Source of the DNA: Caulobacter sp.
GTDB taxonomy: Bacteria > Pseudomonadota > Alphaproteobacteria > Caulobacterales > Caulobacteraceae
Assembly (NCBI RefSeq): GCF_035254145.1
Contig: NZ_DATFAV010000215.1
Location: forward strand, 1,229 to 65,228
Length of the DNA stretch: 64,000 bases
Direction: 5' to 3'
Positions 39,133 through 48,728 of the stretch are shown here, in pieces. A program made the translations under genes and the position numbers. Under the pieces are notes generated by a model. That model searched no databases and was not told the DNA's origin. It saw only the letters and a program-made list of their open reading frames with translations. Position 1 is the stretch's first letter. Each line of letters starts with the position of its first letter.

Positions 39133-39400
39133 CTAAAACCGCTTCGACGCCCCATGCGCGCCGTCGCCGACGACCGCCCCTTTGGCCAGCTCTCCGCCGA
39201 GATCCAGGACCAGCGCCCAGCCGTTCTGAAGCAGCAGCCCACCGCCGACGCCCAGCGTCACCCGGTTCGTCACCCGGTTCGTCGCCCAGGCGTCGCCGGA
39301 GAGTCGATAGGACATGCCCTCCAGCCAGTCGGCATGACGGATCCGCTGGGGATCAAGAACGGCGAACTCGTGCGCGTTCAGAGCCGTCGTAATTGGCATG
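39133..39400 (-). pseudogene. Remnant of an autotransporter beta-barrel C-terminus
   Basis: ...VTLGVGGGLLLQNGWALVLDLGGEL...ASKRF* pattern with terminal Phe; no N-terminal part; internal 12-bp duplication. Confidence 0.45.
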
Positions 39401-39501
39401 GACGTGCGCGTTCCCCCACATTTCAAGACTGCCCATTGCGCGTCATCGCCGACAAGCTAGTTTCCCCATCCACGACCTACGAAACGAGCGAGGGGGAATT
39501 C

Positions 39502-41058
39502 ATGTTTTTTCGGCGGGTGAAGCCACTCGACGCGATCCTGGCCACAGCCGAGAAGAAGTCGTTGCACCGCTCCCTGGGCGCGTTCCAACTGACCATGCTC
39601 GGTATCGGCGCGGTGATTGGCACCGGTATCTTTGTCCTGACGGCTGAGGCGGCTCAGAAGGCCGGACCCGGCATGATGGTCAGCTTCGTCATCGCCGGAG
39701 TGGTCTGCGCTATCGCCGCTCTCTGCTACGCCGAAATGGCGGCCATGGTTCCGGTGTCGGGCTCGGCCTACACCTACAGCTATGCCGTGATGGGCGAACT
39801 CGTCGCCTGGATGGTCGGCTGGGCGCTCATCCTCGAATACGCCGTGGCGGCCGGCGCGGTCTCGGTCGGCTGGTCCGGATATGTTGTCGGCCTCTTCGAG
39901 CACCTGCTGGGGATCGACATCCCCAATTCCCTGGTGCGGGGCCCCTTCGATGGCGGGATTGTCAACCTCCCCGCGGCGGCGATCGCCCTGCTGATCACTT
40001 GGCTGCTCGTGATCGGCACCAAGGAGAGCGCGATGGTCAACGCCGTGCTGGTCGCCATCAAGGTCTCCGCCCTGACGATGTTCGTCGTGTTCGCCGTGCC
40101 GGTGATGAAGATGGAGAACTTCCACCCCTTCAGCCCGCTGGGTTTCGGCGGGATCTCGGCGGCCGCGGCTTCGATCTTCTTCGCCTACGTCGGCTTCGAC
40201 GCCGTCTCCACGGCGGCCGAGGAGACCAAGAATCCGCAACGGAACATGCCGATCGGCCTGATCGGCTCGCTCGCCATCTGCACGATCTTCTACGTCCTCG
40301 TCGCCGCTGGCGTCATCGGCAGCGTTGGCGCTCAACCGATGCTCGCCGCCGACGGCTCCGGCTTGCGCCCGGGCAGCGCCGAACTCAGCAGCGCCTGTAC
40401 GTCCATCCACGACGCGGCCGTGGTCTGTTCCAAGGAAGCCCTGGCTTGGACGCTGCGCAACATCGGTTGGCCGCAGCTTGGCAACCTGATCGGCCTGGCG
40501 GCCGGTCTGGCGCTGCCGTCGGTCATCTTGATGATGATGTTCGGCCAGACCCGCATTTTCTTTGTCATGAGCCGTGACGGCCTGCTGCCGGCGCTGTTCT
40601 CGAAGATCCACCCCAAGTATCGCACGCCACACGTGATCACGATCCTCACGGGCGTTTTCGTGGCCTTGTTCGCGGCCTTCTTCCCAGTGGGCGTGCTGGC
40701 CGACATCTCCAATTCCGGCACCTTGTTCGCCTTCGCGATGGTGTCACTGGCCGTTGTCGTGCTTCGGCGAACGGATCCCGGACGCAAGCGCCCCTTCCGC
40801 ACGCCAGCAGTGGCGATCATGGGCCCGCTCTCGGCGATCGGCTGCGTCTATCTGTTCTTCAGCCTCTCCCGCGAGACGATCATCCTGTTCGTCGGCTGGG
40901 CGGTCGTCGGGGTCGTGGTCTACTATCTCTACGGCTATCGCAAGAGCCACCTGGGTCGCGGGATCGTGGACGTTCCGGAAGAGGACGCCGACGCTCCCCC
41001 GATGGCGGTGGCGCCGATGCCGGGCGCCCCCGCCCCTGGCAGCCACGACGAAACCTAG
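39502..41058 (+). CDS. APC family amino acid permease
   Basis: GAVIGTGIF, PVSGSAYTY, FAYVGFD; ATG at 39502. Confidence 0.93.
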   Translation: MFFRRVKPLDAILATAEKKSLHRSLGAFQLTMLGIGAVIGTGIFVLTAEAAQKAGPGMMVSFVIAGVVCAIAALCYAEMAAMVPVSGSAYTYSYAVMGELVAWMVGWALILEYAVAAGAVSVGWSGYVVGLFEHLLGIDIPNSLVRGPFDGGIVNLPAAAIALLITWLLVIGTKESAMVNAVLVAIKVSALTMFVVFAVPVMKMENFHPFSPLGFGGISAAAASIFFAYVGFDAVSTAAEETKNPQRNMPIGLIGSLAICTIFYVLVAAGVIGSVGAQPMLAADGSGLRPGSAELSSACTSIHDAAVVCSKEALAWTLRNIGWPQLGNLIGLAAGLALPSVILMMMFGQTRIFFVMSRDGLLPALFSKIHPKYRTPHVITILTGVFVALFAAFFPVGVLADISNSGTLFAFAMVSLAVVVLRRTDPGRKRPFRTPAVAIMGPLSAIGCVYLFFSLSRETIILFVGWAVVGVVVYYLYGYRKSHLGRGIVDVPEEDADAPPMAVAPMPGAPAPGSHDET

Positions 41059-41070
41059 TCTTCGAACTTC

Positions 41071-41099
41071 GGCGACCGCCACTTTAGTCGGCGGTCGCC
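41071..41099. terminator. Hairpin between convergent genes
   Basis: GGCGACCGCC-N9-GGCGGTCGCC. Confidence 0.6.
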
Positions 41100-41217
41100 T
41101 GGAGCTCCGCCGCCCCAGTGCGCGCCGCCGCACGCTCGGCAGCGAAACTTTCTGAATTACTCTCGACCGGCGATGCCGTGCCGATGAGTTTCGCCGCCCG
41201 AGCAGCTTGGAAAAGTG

Positions 41218-42153
41218 TCATGGCAAGCTGGAAGTGGCCGCCGCCATCCGGTCGTCGAACGTGGCGCTCAGCATGGAAATGAAGGCCCGAACGGCCGGGT
41301 TGCTGCGCCGGCTTTCCGGCCAAAGGGCCGTGACGTTGTGGCGTTCCACCGCGAAAGCGGAAAGGACCGGCGTCAGCTGTCCACGATCCACATACGGCGC
41401 GGCCACGAAGGAGGCGCCGATGCCGATCCCGCCGCCCGCCACCAGCGTCGCCATCAAGGCCTCGCTGGCGTCGATCACGATGTCGGATCTGGGCAGGATC
41501 TCGATTTCACGATCGGCGATCTTGAACGGCCAACGAAACATCTGACCGGTGCTTTGATAGCGTAGATTGACCGTATCGTGGGCTTCGAGGTCGTTTGGAT
41601 GCGATGGCGCTCCACGCGCGGCCAGGTAGTCCGGAGAGGCGAAGCAGCAAAGCCGATAGGGCGCGAGCTTGCGCGACAAAAGGCGGCTGTCCGGGACTTC
41701 ACCGATGCGGATGGCGACATCGATCCCGTCGTCGATCAGGTCCGTCGTCCTGTCCTCGAGACGAAGCTCGATCGCCAGATCCGGAAAGCGCCGCCGGAAC
41801 GCGGGCAAGGCAGGCGCGATCACGTGCAGGCCGATCGGGAGGGACGCGGCCACCCGAAGCGTGCCACGCGGCTCCGACCGCGCCGTCAGCGCCATCTGCT
41901 CGATTTCCTCGGCCTGGCGGATCAGGTTCAAGGCGCGCTCGTGCAGGTCGCGGCCCTCTGGCGTGAACGCCAGTGAACGAGTCGTGCGCGTGAACAGGGA
42001 GACGCCCAGGCGCTGCTCGAGCCGCTGGATGCTCTTGCTCACGGCCGAGGGGGAGATCGACAGCGAGCGCGCGGCCGCCGTGTAGCTGCCCAGCGCGCCG
42101 ACCCGCGCGAAGGCGATCAATCCCGTAAGGCGGTCGAGGCTAATTTGTTCCAT
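41218..42153 (-). CDS. LysR family regulator
   Basis: [29 protein letters not shown]; ATG at 42153. Confidence 0.92.
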   Translation of the reverse strand: MEQISLDRLTGLIAFARVGALGSYTAAARSLSISPSAVSKSIQRLEQRLGVSLFTRTTRSLAFTPEGRDLHERALNLIRQAEEIEQMALTARSEPRGTLRVAASLPIGLHVIAPALPAFRRRFPDLAIELRLEDRTTDLIDDGIDVAIRIGEVPDSRLLSRKLAPYRLCCFASPDYLAARGAPSHPNDLEAHDTVNLRYQSTGQMFRWPFKIADREIEILPRSDIVIDASEALMATLVAGGGIGIGASFVAAPYVDRGQLTPVLSAFAVERHNVTALWPESRRSNPAVRAFISMLSATFDDRMAAATSSLP

Positions 42154-42244
42154 GGCGGCACTATTGAAGTGATTTTTGACCTGATTATCAACCGCAGCGC
42201 CACTCGCTAAATCGGCCTTCAAGCGTCGTGCGAGGAGATTGATC

Positions 42245-43258
42245 ATGCGCGAGACGATGAAAGCGGTTCGTCTGCACGCCTTCGGCGGACCTGATGTCCT
42301 GGTGTACGAAGACGCGCCCAAGCCGGAAATCCGGCCGGGCGAAGTGCTGGTCCGTGTCCGGGCCGTCGGCCTCAATCCGCCGGACTGGTACCTGCGTGAT
42401 GGCTATCGCGCCTTGCCCCCCGAGTGGCGACCGGACGCGGACTTCCCGCTCATCCTGGGAACCGACATCTCCGGCGTTGTCGAGGCCACGGCTGCCGACG
42501 TCGCCGACTTCCAGGTTGGGGACGAGGTCTTCGGCATGGTGCGTTTCCCCGATGGCGTAATGACCGGCGGCGCCTATGCCGAGTACGTCGGCACGCCGGC
42601 CACGCACCTGGCCCACAAGCCGGCCAGACTGGACCATCTGCAGGCCGCGGCCGCGCCGATGTCCCTGCTGACGGCGTGGCAGTTCCTGATCGAGCTTGGC
42701 CACGACGCGCCCAACCCCTTCCAGAACTTCCCGCATGAGCCGGCCGAGCTTGAAGGCCGGACGGTGCTGATCAACGGCGCGGGCGGGGGCGTCGGCCATC
42801 TGGCGACGCAGCTGGCCAGGGCGCGGGGCGCGCGGGTGATCGCCGTGGCCTCGGCCAAGAACGCGGCGATGCTCGGAGACTTCGGAGTCGACCAGTTCAT
42901 CGATTACGGAAAAACCGCCATCGAAACGGTCGTCCGGGATGTCGACCTGGTGCTCGATGCGGTGGGCGGTCCTGGGATGGAACGGTTTCTGGACGTGATC
43001 AGGCCCGGCGGAGCCCTGTTCCTGGTCAATCCCCTTGGCTTTGAAGGCCATGACGTCGCGGCGAGCCGGGGGATCAAGGTGTCGTCGACCCAGGTGCGGT
43101 CCAACGGCGCGCAGCTGGCGCAGGCTGCGGCGCTACTCGACCGGCAGGCCGTCCGGGTCGTCATCGACAGCGTCTTTCCGTTGTCGGAGGCCTCGCGGGC
43201 GCACCAGCGCGCCGCCGAGGGCGGCATCCAGGGCAAGATCGTTCTGAGCGCCGTCTGA
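42245..43258 (+). CDS. NADP-dependent oxidoreductase (MDR/quinone reductase)
   Basis: [28 protein letters not shown]. Confidence 0.9.
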   Translation: MRETMKAVRLHAFGGPDVLVYEDAPKPEIRPGEVLVRVRAVGLNPPDWYLRDGYRALPPEWRPDADFPLILGTDISGVVEATAADVADFQVGDEVFGMVRFPDGVMTGGAYAEYVGTPATHLAHKPARLDHLQAAAAPMSLLTAWQFLIELGHDAPNPFQNFPHEPAELEGRTVLINGAGGGVGHLATQLARARGARVIAVASAKNAAMLGDFGVDQFIDYGKTAIETVVRDVDLVLDAVGGPGMERFLDVIRPGGALFLVNPLGFEGHDVAASRGIKVSSTQVRSNGAQLAQAAALLDRQAVRVVIDSVFPLSEASRAHQRAAEGGIQGKIVLSAV

Positions 43259-43322
43259 CGCCGACGCGCCTGCTCGTCGCGGCGGGCTCCTTTCCTTGTT
43301 CGAGCTTCCGGAGACGCTCGCC

Positions 43323-43625
43323 ATGATCATCGTCACGGGTTACGTGCGGGTTCCGCCCTCGGACCTGGAGGCCTTCACCCGCGACCTCGCCGATCTCGCC
43401 GAAGCCACCCGGGAGCGAGACGGCGTCCTGTCCTATGACGCCGCCGTGGTTGACGCGTCGCGCGGGCGGCTGCTCGTGATGGAGCGCTGGCGAGACCAGC
43501 AGGCCCTAAGCGCCCACCTGGCGGCGGCGGACACCGTCGCCTTTGTGGCGCTATGGGGACAGCGGCTCTCGGCGGATATCAGAAAGTACGACGCGATGCG
43601 CGAGCGAGCCTTGGCGGACGCCTGA
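43323..43625 (+). CDS. ABM (antibiotic biosynthesis monooxygenase) family protein
   Basis: TRERDGVLSY, ERWRDQQALSAH. Confidence 0.8.
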   Translation: MIIVTGYVRVPPSDLEAFTRDLADLAEATRERDGVLSYDAAVVDASRGRLLVMERWRDQQALSAHLAAADTVAFVALWGQRLSADIRKYDAMRERALADA

Positions 43626-43677
43626 ACCGTCCAGGCGACCCGCGCCGCGTTTGTATTCGCGAGAACGCGGCGCTCTT

Positions 43678-44667
43678 CTATCGAGCTGATGCGGGGAAGA
43701 CCGGAATTGCGCCAAAGCTCCGCGAGTCATGCGCCGGGAGCGGATGTATTTGAGGGAATTTCTCGCGGATGGCCCTGACGAGAGCGATATCCTTGTGCAC
43801 CACGATGTTGTTTTCGCCGATCAGCCAGCGAAGCATCCAGGGCTTCTCCGCAGGGATATCAACGCCTTCCATTTGGAACACGAGGTCCCCGATCAGGGCG
43901 TATCGAACGCCCGAGGGCAGGCTTACGAAAACGACGACGGAGTCCGGCGTATGACCGGGAGCCGGGACAATGACCACCGAACCGTCTCCAAAGACATCAT
44001 GGCTTCGTGGAAAGCCGAGATAGGGCCCGCCGTCGAAGTCATACAGCCTGTAGTTGATCGCCTTCAGGCTGTTGATCACTTCCGTGCCTTCCGCCTTGGA
44101 CGCGATCCAGCGTCTTCCCGCCGCGGTTTCCATGACCGGAACGCCACGGAAGTCGCCGACGCCGCTGACATGGTCCCAATGACCATGGGTGGGTATGATC
44201 GCGGCGATGTCGCCAGGATGGACGCCGCCGGCCGCCAACTGATCCACGGCCGGAACGCCCTTGGTTTGCGGCGTCCGCTGCATTGGCGGGATCAGCTTGA
44301 TGTGTTCGTCAATATTCCGGCCGAAACCCGTGTCGATCAGCAGGTTTCCTTTGGGATGCCGGACGAGAAGGGCCGTCGCCGCGAGGTGACGCGTTTCGGA
44401 CCACGCGCCGCCGCGATAGGTCAAGGCGGCCGGACTGTCGTAGGTTCCGGTTGGCAATGCGCTGATCGACAGGCCGGCCGGCGGTGATGCGACCGGCAGT
44501 TCGCCTACGGCGACGTCCGGAAGCTCAAGCTTCGCGGGCATGAACGTCAGCGCCACGGCGGCGATCGCGACCAGGGCGGCTGTCCCGATGCTAGCGAAGA
44601 CCCACAGGACGATCTTGGCGACCCTCGTCTTCGCGACGCCTCCCAGCCTGTCTGAGATTCTGGCCAT
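43678..44667 (-). CDS. MBL-fold metallohydrolase, AHL-lactonase-like, with N-terminal TM anchor
   Basis: HGHWDH, PGHT, GD, PAHD; ATG at 44667. Confidence 0.82.
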   Translation of the reverse strand: MARISDRLGGVAKTRVAKIVLWVFASIGTAALVAIAAVALTFMPAKLELPDVAVGELPVASPPAGLSISALPTGTYDSPAALTYRGGAWSETRHLAATALLVRHPKGNLLIDTGFGRNIDEHIKLIPPMQRTPQTKGVPAVDQLAAGGVHPGDIAAIIPTHGHWDHVSGVGDFRGVPVMETAAGRRWIASKAEGTEVINSLKAINYRLYDFDGGPYLGFPRSHDVFGDGSVVIVPAPGHTPDSVVVFVSLPSGVRYALIGDLVFQMEGVDIPAEKPWMLRWLIGENNIVVHKDIALVRAIREKFPQIHPLPAHDSRSFGAIPVFPASAR

Positions 44668-44725
44668 GGCTCGTTTCACCTTTCTCTTCGTGGGGCGCCG
44701 GGCCTCGCGAAGCCTCACACGTCGT

Positions 44726-44777
44726 GATAATGGATGTTATCTTATCCTCAAGCGTAACGATAATAGCCGTTATCGTT
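44726..44777. promoter_or_regulatory. Two GATAA-N6-TTATC operators (probable TetR sites)
   Basis: GATAATGGATGTTATC (44726-44741) and AACGATAATAGCCGTTATCGTT (44756-44777) in the divergent promoter. Confidence 0.7.
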
Positions 44778-44792
44778 TGGAGTCAATGAGCG

Positions 44793-45443
44793 GTGAAGGA
44801 CTGGGCCTCAGATCATCCCAAGGCGAAGCTGATGGCGCGCAAGCGCGCCGCGATCGTCGAAGCGGCTCGCGAAGCCTTCCTTAGAGATGGCTATGATGGG
44901 GCGAGCATGGAGAGGATCGCCAAGGACGCCGGCGTCTCGATCATGACCCTCTACCGTCACGCCGAGGGAAAGGACGATCTGTTCTCGGCCGTCATCGCCC
45001 AGGCTTGCCATCCAGCCGATCAAGCCGAGCAGGCGCGCATCGATGAGTCTCTCCGGAAACCGCTGCCGGAAATCCTGGTTTTCATCGGCGTGATGTTTCA
45101 GGAGCGGATCGCCAGCCCGGCGACAACAGCCTTGTTCCGAACGGTGATGGTTGAGACCCTCCGCTTTCCACACTTGGCGGATATCGCCTATCGCGGCCTG
45201 ATCGGAGCGCACCAAGACGCTCTCGACGCCTTTCTCGGTCAGAGAGATGAAGCCGCGTCCCTCGACGCAAGACGACGCCAAGAGCTCAGCGCGGCCTTCC
45301 TCGATCGCCTGGTGGGACTCGATAGCTTCCGCGTGCTTCTGGGGCTCGAGGGCGCAACGGACGCCAAACGGCTGGATCGCGCCATGTCAGCCGCCGCCGA
45401 ACTGATCTCCGCATTGCCCGCCCCGACAGGCGACAAGCACTAA
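44793..45443 (+). CDS. TetR/AcrR family regulator
   Basis: FLRDGYDGASMERIAKDAGVSIMTLYRH. Confidence 0.9.
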   Translation: MKDWASDHPKAKLMARKRAAIVEAAREAFLRDGYDGASMERIAKDAGVSIMTLYRHAEGKDDLFSAVIAQACHPADQAEQARIDESLRKPLPEILVFIGVMFQERIASPATTALFRTVMVETLRFPHLADIAYRGLIGAHQDALDAFLGQRDEAASLDARRRQELSAAFLDRLVGLDSFRVLLGLEGATDAKRLDRAMSAAAELISALPAPTGDKH

Positions 45444-45491
45444 TCCAGCCCGGTTCTTCCGAAATCACGCCGCTCGAAGCCTGCTGGGTAG

Positions 45492-46370
45492 CTAGGCCGC
45501 CACCGTCTCCAGTTCGCTCATCACGGCATCAGACAAATCCAGTTCGGCGGCCGCCAGATTCTCGCGCAGGTGCGCCACCGACGAGGTGCCCGGGATCAGC
45601 AGGATGTTTGGCGAGCGGCGCAGCAGCCAGGCCAGGGCCACCTGCATTGGCGTCGCGCCCAGTCGTACGGCGACCGCCGACAGAGCCGAGGACTGCAGCG
45701 GCGAGAAGCCGCCCAGCGGGAAGAAGGGCACATAGGCGACACCGTCCTTCGCCAAGTCGTCGACCAGGGCGTCGTCCTCGCGGTGGACCAGGTTGTACAT
45801 ATTCTGCACACAGACGATCTCGGTGACGCCGCGCGCCTCGGCGATCTGGGCGGCCGTGACGTTGCTGACGCCGATGTGGCGAACCAGGCCCTCGCGCTTC
45901 AGGTCGGCCAGCACGCCCACCGGCTCGGCGATCGACCCCTCGGTCGGGGTGAGGGCGAACATGGCGCGGAAGTTGACCACGTCCAGCGCCTCCAGTCCCA
46001 GGCGCTTGAGGTTGTCGTGCACGGCCGAGCGCAGCTCGTCCGGCGCGAAGAATGGCAGCCATGCGCCCTCCTCGTCGCGCCGGGCGCCGACCTTGGTGAC
46101 GATGGTCAGGTCGTCGGCATAGGGGTGCAGCGCTTCGCGGATGATCTCGTTCGTCACGTGGGGGCCATAGAAGTCGCTCGTGTCGATGTGGGTGACGCCC
46201 AAGGCGACGGCCTCGCGCAGCACGGCCACGGCGGCGGCGCGGTCCCTGGGCGGGCCGAAAACGTGCGGGCCGGCCAACTGCATGGCGCCGTAGCCCAGGC
46301 GCCGGATGACGCGGTCGCCGAGCGTGAAGGTTCCGGCCCGTTCGATCTTGGGGGTGTCGATGCTGATCAT
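45492..46370 (-). CDS. Aldo/keto reductase
   Basis: LGYGAMQL, DTSDFYG, TKVG, IGVSN, IPGTSS; ATG at 46370. Confidence 0.92.
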   Translation of the reverse strand: MISIDTPKIERAGTFTLGDRVIRRLGYGAMQLAGPHVFGPPRDRAAAVAVLREAVALGVTHIDTSDFYGPHVTNEIIREALHPYADDLTIVTKVGARRDEEGAWLPFFAPDELRSAVHDNLKRLGLEALDVVNFRAMFALTPTEGSIAEPVGVLADLKREGLVRHIGVSNVTAAQIAEARGVTEIVCVQNMYNLVHREDDALVDDLAKDGVAYVPFFPLGGFSPLQSSALSAVAVRLGATPMQVALAWLLRRSPNILLIPGTSSVAHLRENLAAAELDLSDAVMSELETVAA

Positions 46371-46408
46371 GGTTTCCGTTCCTTCCATTGTGGAGCGGAC
46401 GGGAGTAT

Positions 46409-46424
46409 CTGAAGGATCCTTCAG
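46409..46424. promoter_or_regulatory. Perfect 16-bp palindrome, probable TetR operator
   Basis: CTGAAGGATCCTTCAG between the divergent AKR and TetR genes. Confidence 0.65.
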
Positions 46425-46442
46425 TTTTGGAATTCGCTTTCC

Positions 46443-47069
46443 ATGACCAGCGCCGCGCCCGTTCTCAAGCCCCGGAAACAGCCGGTCCAGGCCCGTTCGG
46501 CCGCCACGATCGAAGCGCTGCACGCCGCCGTGATTCAGGTTTTGACGCGCGAGGGTCTCAACCGCTGCACCACGACGCGGATCGCCGAGCGCGCTGGCAT
46601 GTCGGTCGGCAGCGTCTACCAGTACTACCCCAATCGCGACGCCATGCTCGCGGCGGTGCTGGCGCGGCACCTGTCCGGAATCGCCGAGGCCGTCGAAGCG
46701 GTCTGCCGCGACAACCATGGGCGACCGATCGCTTCCATGGCCAAGGCCCTGGTCGAGGGCTACCTGGCCGCCAAGCTGCGTAATCCCGAAGAGTCGAGGG
46801 CGCTGTACGCGGTGTCCGGCGAGCGCGGCGGCGCCGAGGCGGCCGCGCGGGTCTACAAGCGGATGGAGGCGGCGGTGCGGACCCTGCTCGCCACGGCGCC
46901 CGACGCGCGCTTTGAGGATCCGTCCATGACCGCGACCATCGCGCTGCACGCCCTGGTCGGGCCGGTGCGCACGATCCTGGACGGCGAAGCCTCGCCGGCG
47001 TTCGAGGCGCGGCTGCAGGACCAGCTGGTGCGGCTGCTGACGGCGTATCTGCGGTCGGGGCCCGGTTAG
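46443..47069 (+). CDS. TetR/AcrR family regulator
   Basis: RKQPVQARS, TTTRIAERAGMSVGSVYQYYPN. Confidence 0.92.
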   Translation: MTSAAPVLKPRKQPVQARSAATIEALHAAVIQVLTREGLNRCTTTRIAERAGMSVGSVYQYYPNRDAMLAAVLARHLSGIAEAVEAVCRDNHGRPIASMAKALVEGYLAAKLRNPEESRALYAVSGERGGAEAAARVYKRMEAAVRTLLATAPDARFEDPSMTATIALHALVGPVRTILDGEASPAFEARLQDQLVRLLTAYLRSGPG

Positions 47070-47193
47070 AGGTCTGTCCGGCTTGCGGTCAGGATCCGAC
47101 GCGCCTCCCTTGAACGTCGTGTTCCTGGAGGCGCGACAACGTCAGCAAATGGCGCGTACTCGCCCCTGGTGGGCTAGAAGGCTGGAAGGGACT

Positions 47194-48099
47194 CTAGGCG
47201 GCCAGCGCATCGCGGATCAGCGATTGGTGGGCGCCGACACCAGCCAGCACTCCGTCGGCCGAGGCTAGGGTGGCGTTTTGCATTGGGCGGGCGGCGTCTC
47301 CGGCCGCGTAGACACCGGGCGCGGTAGTCGCTTTCCAGGCGTCGGTTCGGATGATCGGTCCCAGCGGCCCTTCGTCGAATTCGCAACCGAGCCTTTGGGC
47401 CAAAGGGCTGGCCATGCGCTGGGCGGGCGCGACGAAGAGGCCGTTCAGCGCGACCGTGCGTCCGTCGGCCAAGGCCACGGCTTCGAGATCGGGCGCGCGG
47501 CCCAGTAGGGCGACGACCGGCGTCCGCTCGATGGTGACCCCACGTGCGTCCAGCAGCGCGCGCTGTTCGTGGTCCGGTTCGAACACGCCCTGGGTGAACA
47601 GGGTGGTCGGACCCCAGTCGGGAATCATCGCGGCCTGATGGGCCGACATCGGAAGTCCCGCCATCACGCCCAGAGGCCGATCGCGGTGCTCATAGCCGTG
47701 GCAATAGGGACAGTGCAGCACGCTGGCGCCCCAGCGTTCCTTCAAGCCCGCGACTTCCGGCAGAACATCGACGACCCCGGTGGCCAGGACGAGCCGCCGA
47801 GCCTCGACAACGCGACCGCCGGCCAAGGCCAGTTTGAAGCCAACGTGGAGCGCCTCGGCGTCCAGCACCTCTCCGTGGACAAAATCCACCGTCGGATAGG
47901 CGGTGACCTGACAGGTCGCCTCTCGCACGATCTGTCCCGGAGCCTTGCCGTCCTGGCCCAGGAAGCCGTGCGAGGCGTCGGCGAAGCGGTTGCGCGGCAG
48001 ACCCGCGTCTACAAGCAGGATTCGGCGACGCGCGCGGGCCAGCTGCATGGCGGCGGAAAGGCCGGCGAAGCTGCCGCCCACGACTACAGCGTCAAACAT
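47194..48099 (-). CDS. NAD(P)/FAD oxidoreductase, thioredoxin-reductase-like
   Basis: GGSFAG, ATGV, HCPYCHG, YAAGD. Confidence 0.9.
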   Translation of the reverse strand: MFDAVVVGGSFAGLSAAMQLARARRRILLVDAGLPRNRFADASHGFLGQDGKAPGQIVREATCQVTAYPTVDFVHGEVLDAEALHVGFKLALAGGRVVEARRLVLATGVVDVLPEVAGLKERWGASVLHCPYCHGYEHRDRPLGVMAGLPMSAHQAAMIPDWGPTTLFTQGVFEPDHEQRALLDARGVTIERTPVVALLGRAPDLEAVALADGRTVALNGLFVAPAQRMASPLAQRLGCEFDEGPLGPIIRTDAWKATTAPGVYAAGDAARPMQNATLASADGVLAGVGAHQSLIRDALAA

Positions 48100-48538
48100 G
48101 ATGATGGTCCTTGGAGAGGGGGATCTTGGTGGTGTCGACGCGGCCGAACAGGTCGGCCAGCGACACGGTCGCCAACCGCCTGGTCAACAAGGCGCGCGCT
48201 TCCACGACCGCTTCGTCCAGCGCTGCGTTGACGGCCTGTTCAATCAGGCATCCCGGCGATTCCTCGGCCTTGCCCAGAGCGATGATGGGCTCGTCCAGCG
48301 CGTCCTGAACTTCTGCGAGGCTAATCTGCGATAGCGGCCGACCCAGGCTCCAGCCGCCGCCGTGCCCCTTTGTCGAGGCGACGATCCCGGCCTCGCGCAG
48401 GCCCGCGAAGGTGCGCCGGATGACGACCGGATTGGTCCCCGCGCAGGCCGCCATCTCCTCGGAGGTCATGGATGTCGGGCGCTGAGCCATGTGCAGGAGC
48501 ACGTGGAGGGCGACGGACAGGCGGCTATCACGTTTCAT
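48092..48538 (-). CDS. Rrf2 family regulator
   Basis: TNPVVIRR, STKGHGGGWSL, GCLIE. Confidence 0.9.
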   Translation of the reverse strand: MKRDSRLSVALHVLLHMAQRPTSMTSEEMAACAGTNPVVIRRTFAGLREAGIVASTKGHGGGWSLGRPLSQISLAEVQDALDEPIIALGKAEESPGCLIEQAVNAALDEAVVEARALLTRRLATVSLADLFGRVDTTKIPLSKDHHHV

Positions 48539-48558
48539 GTAATACTAATTGTTACATG
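48536..48558. promoter_or_regulatory. Inverted repeat over the Rrf2 start codon (autoregulatory operator)
   Basis: CATGTAA-N9-TTACATG. Confidence 0.55.
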
Positions 48559-48728
48559 AGTGGCCGCGCCGCAAGGGGCGCCGACGTGACGAAGTTGAGA
48601 AAGTCGGCGTCTCGCCCTGCCGCGGCGAGCTTGAGCGTCACATGATCAGTGTACGGAGCGCCTTCAATAGTCTGGCCGACGCTCGGCGTGGCCTTTACCC
48701 TATGTGATCTGCCTACGCGCCGGCGACC

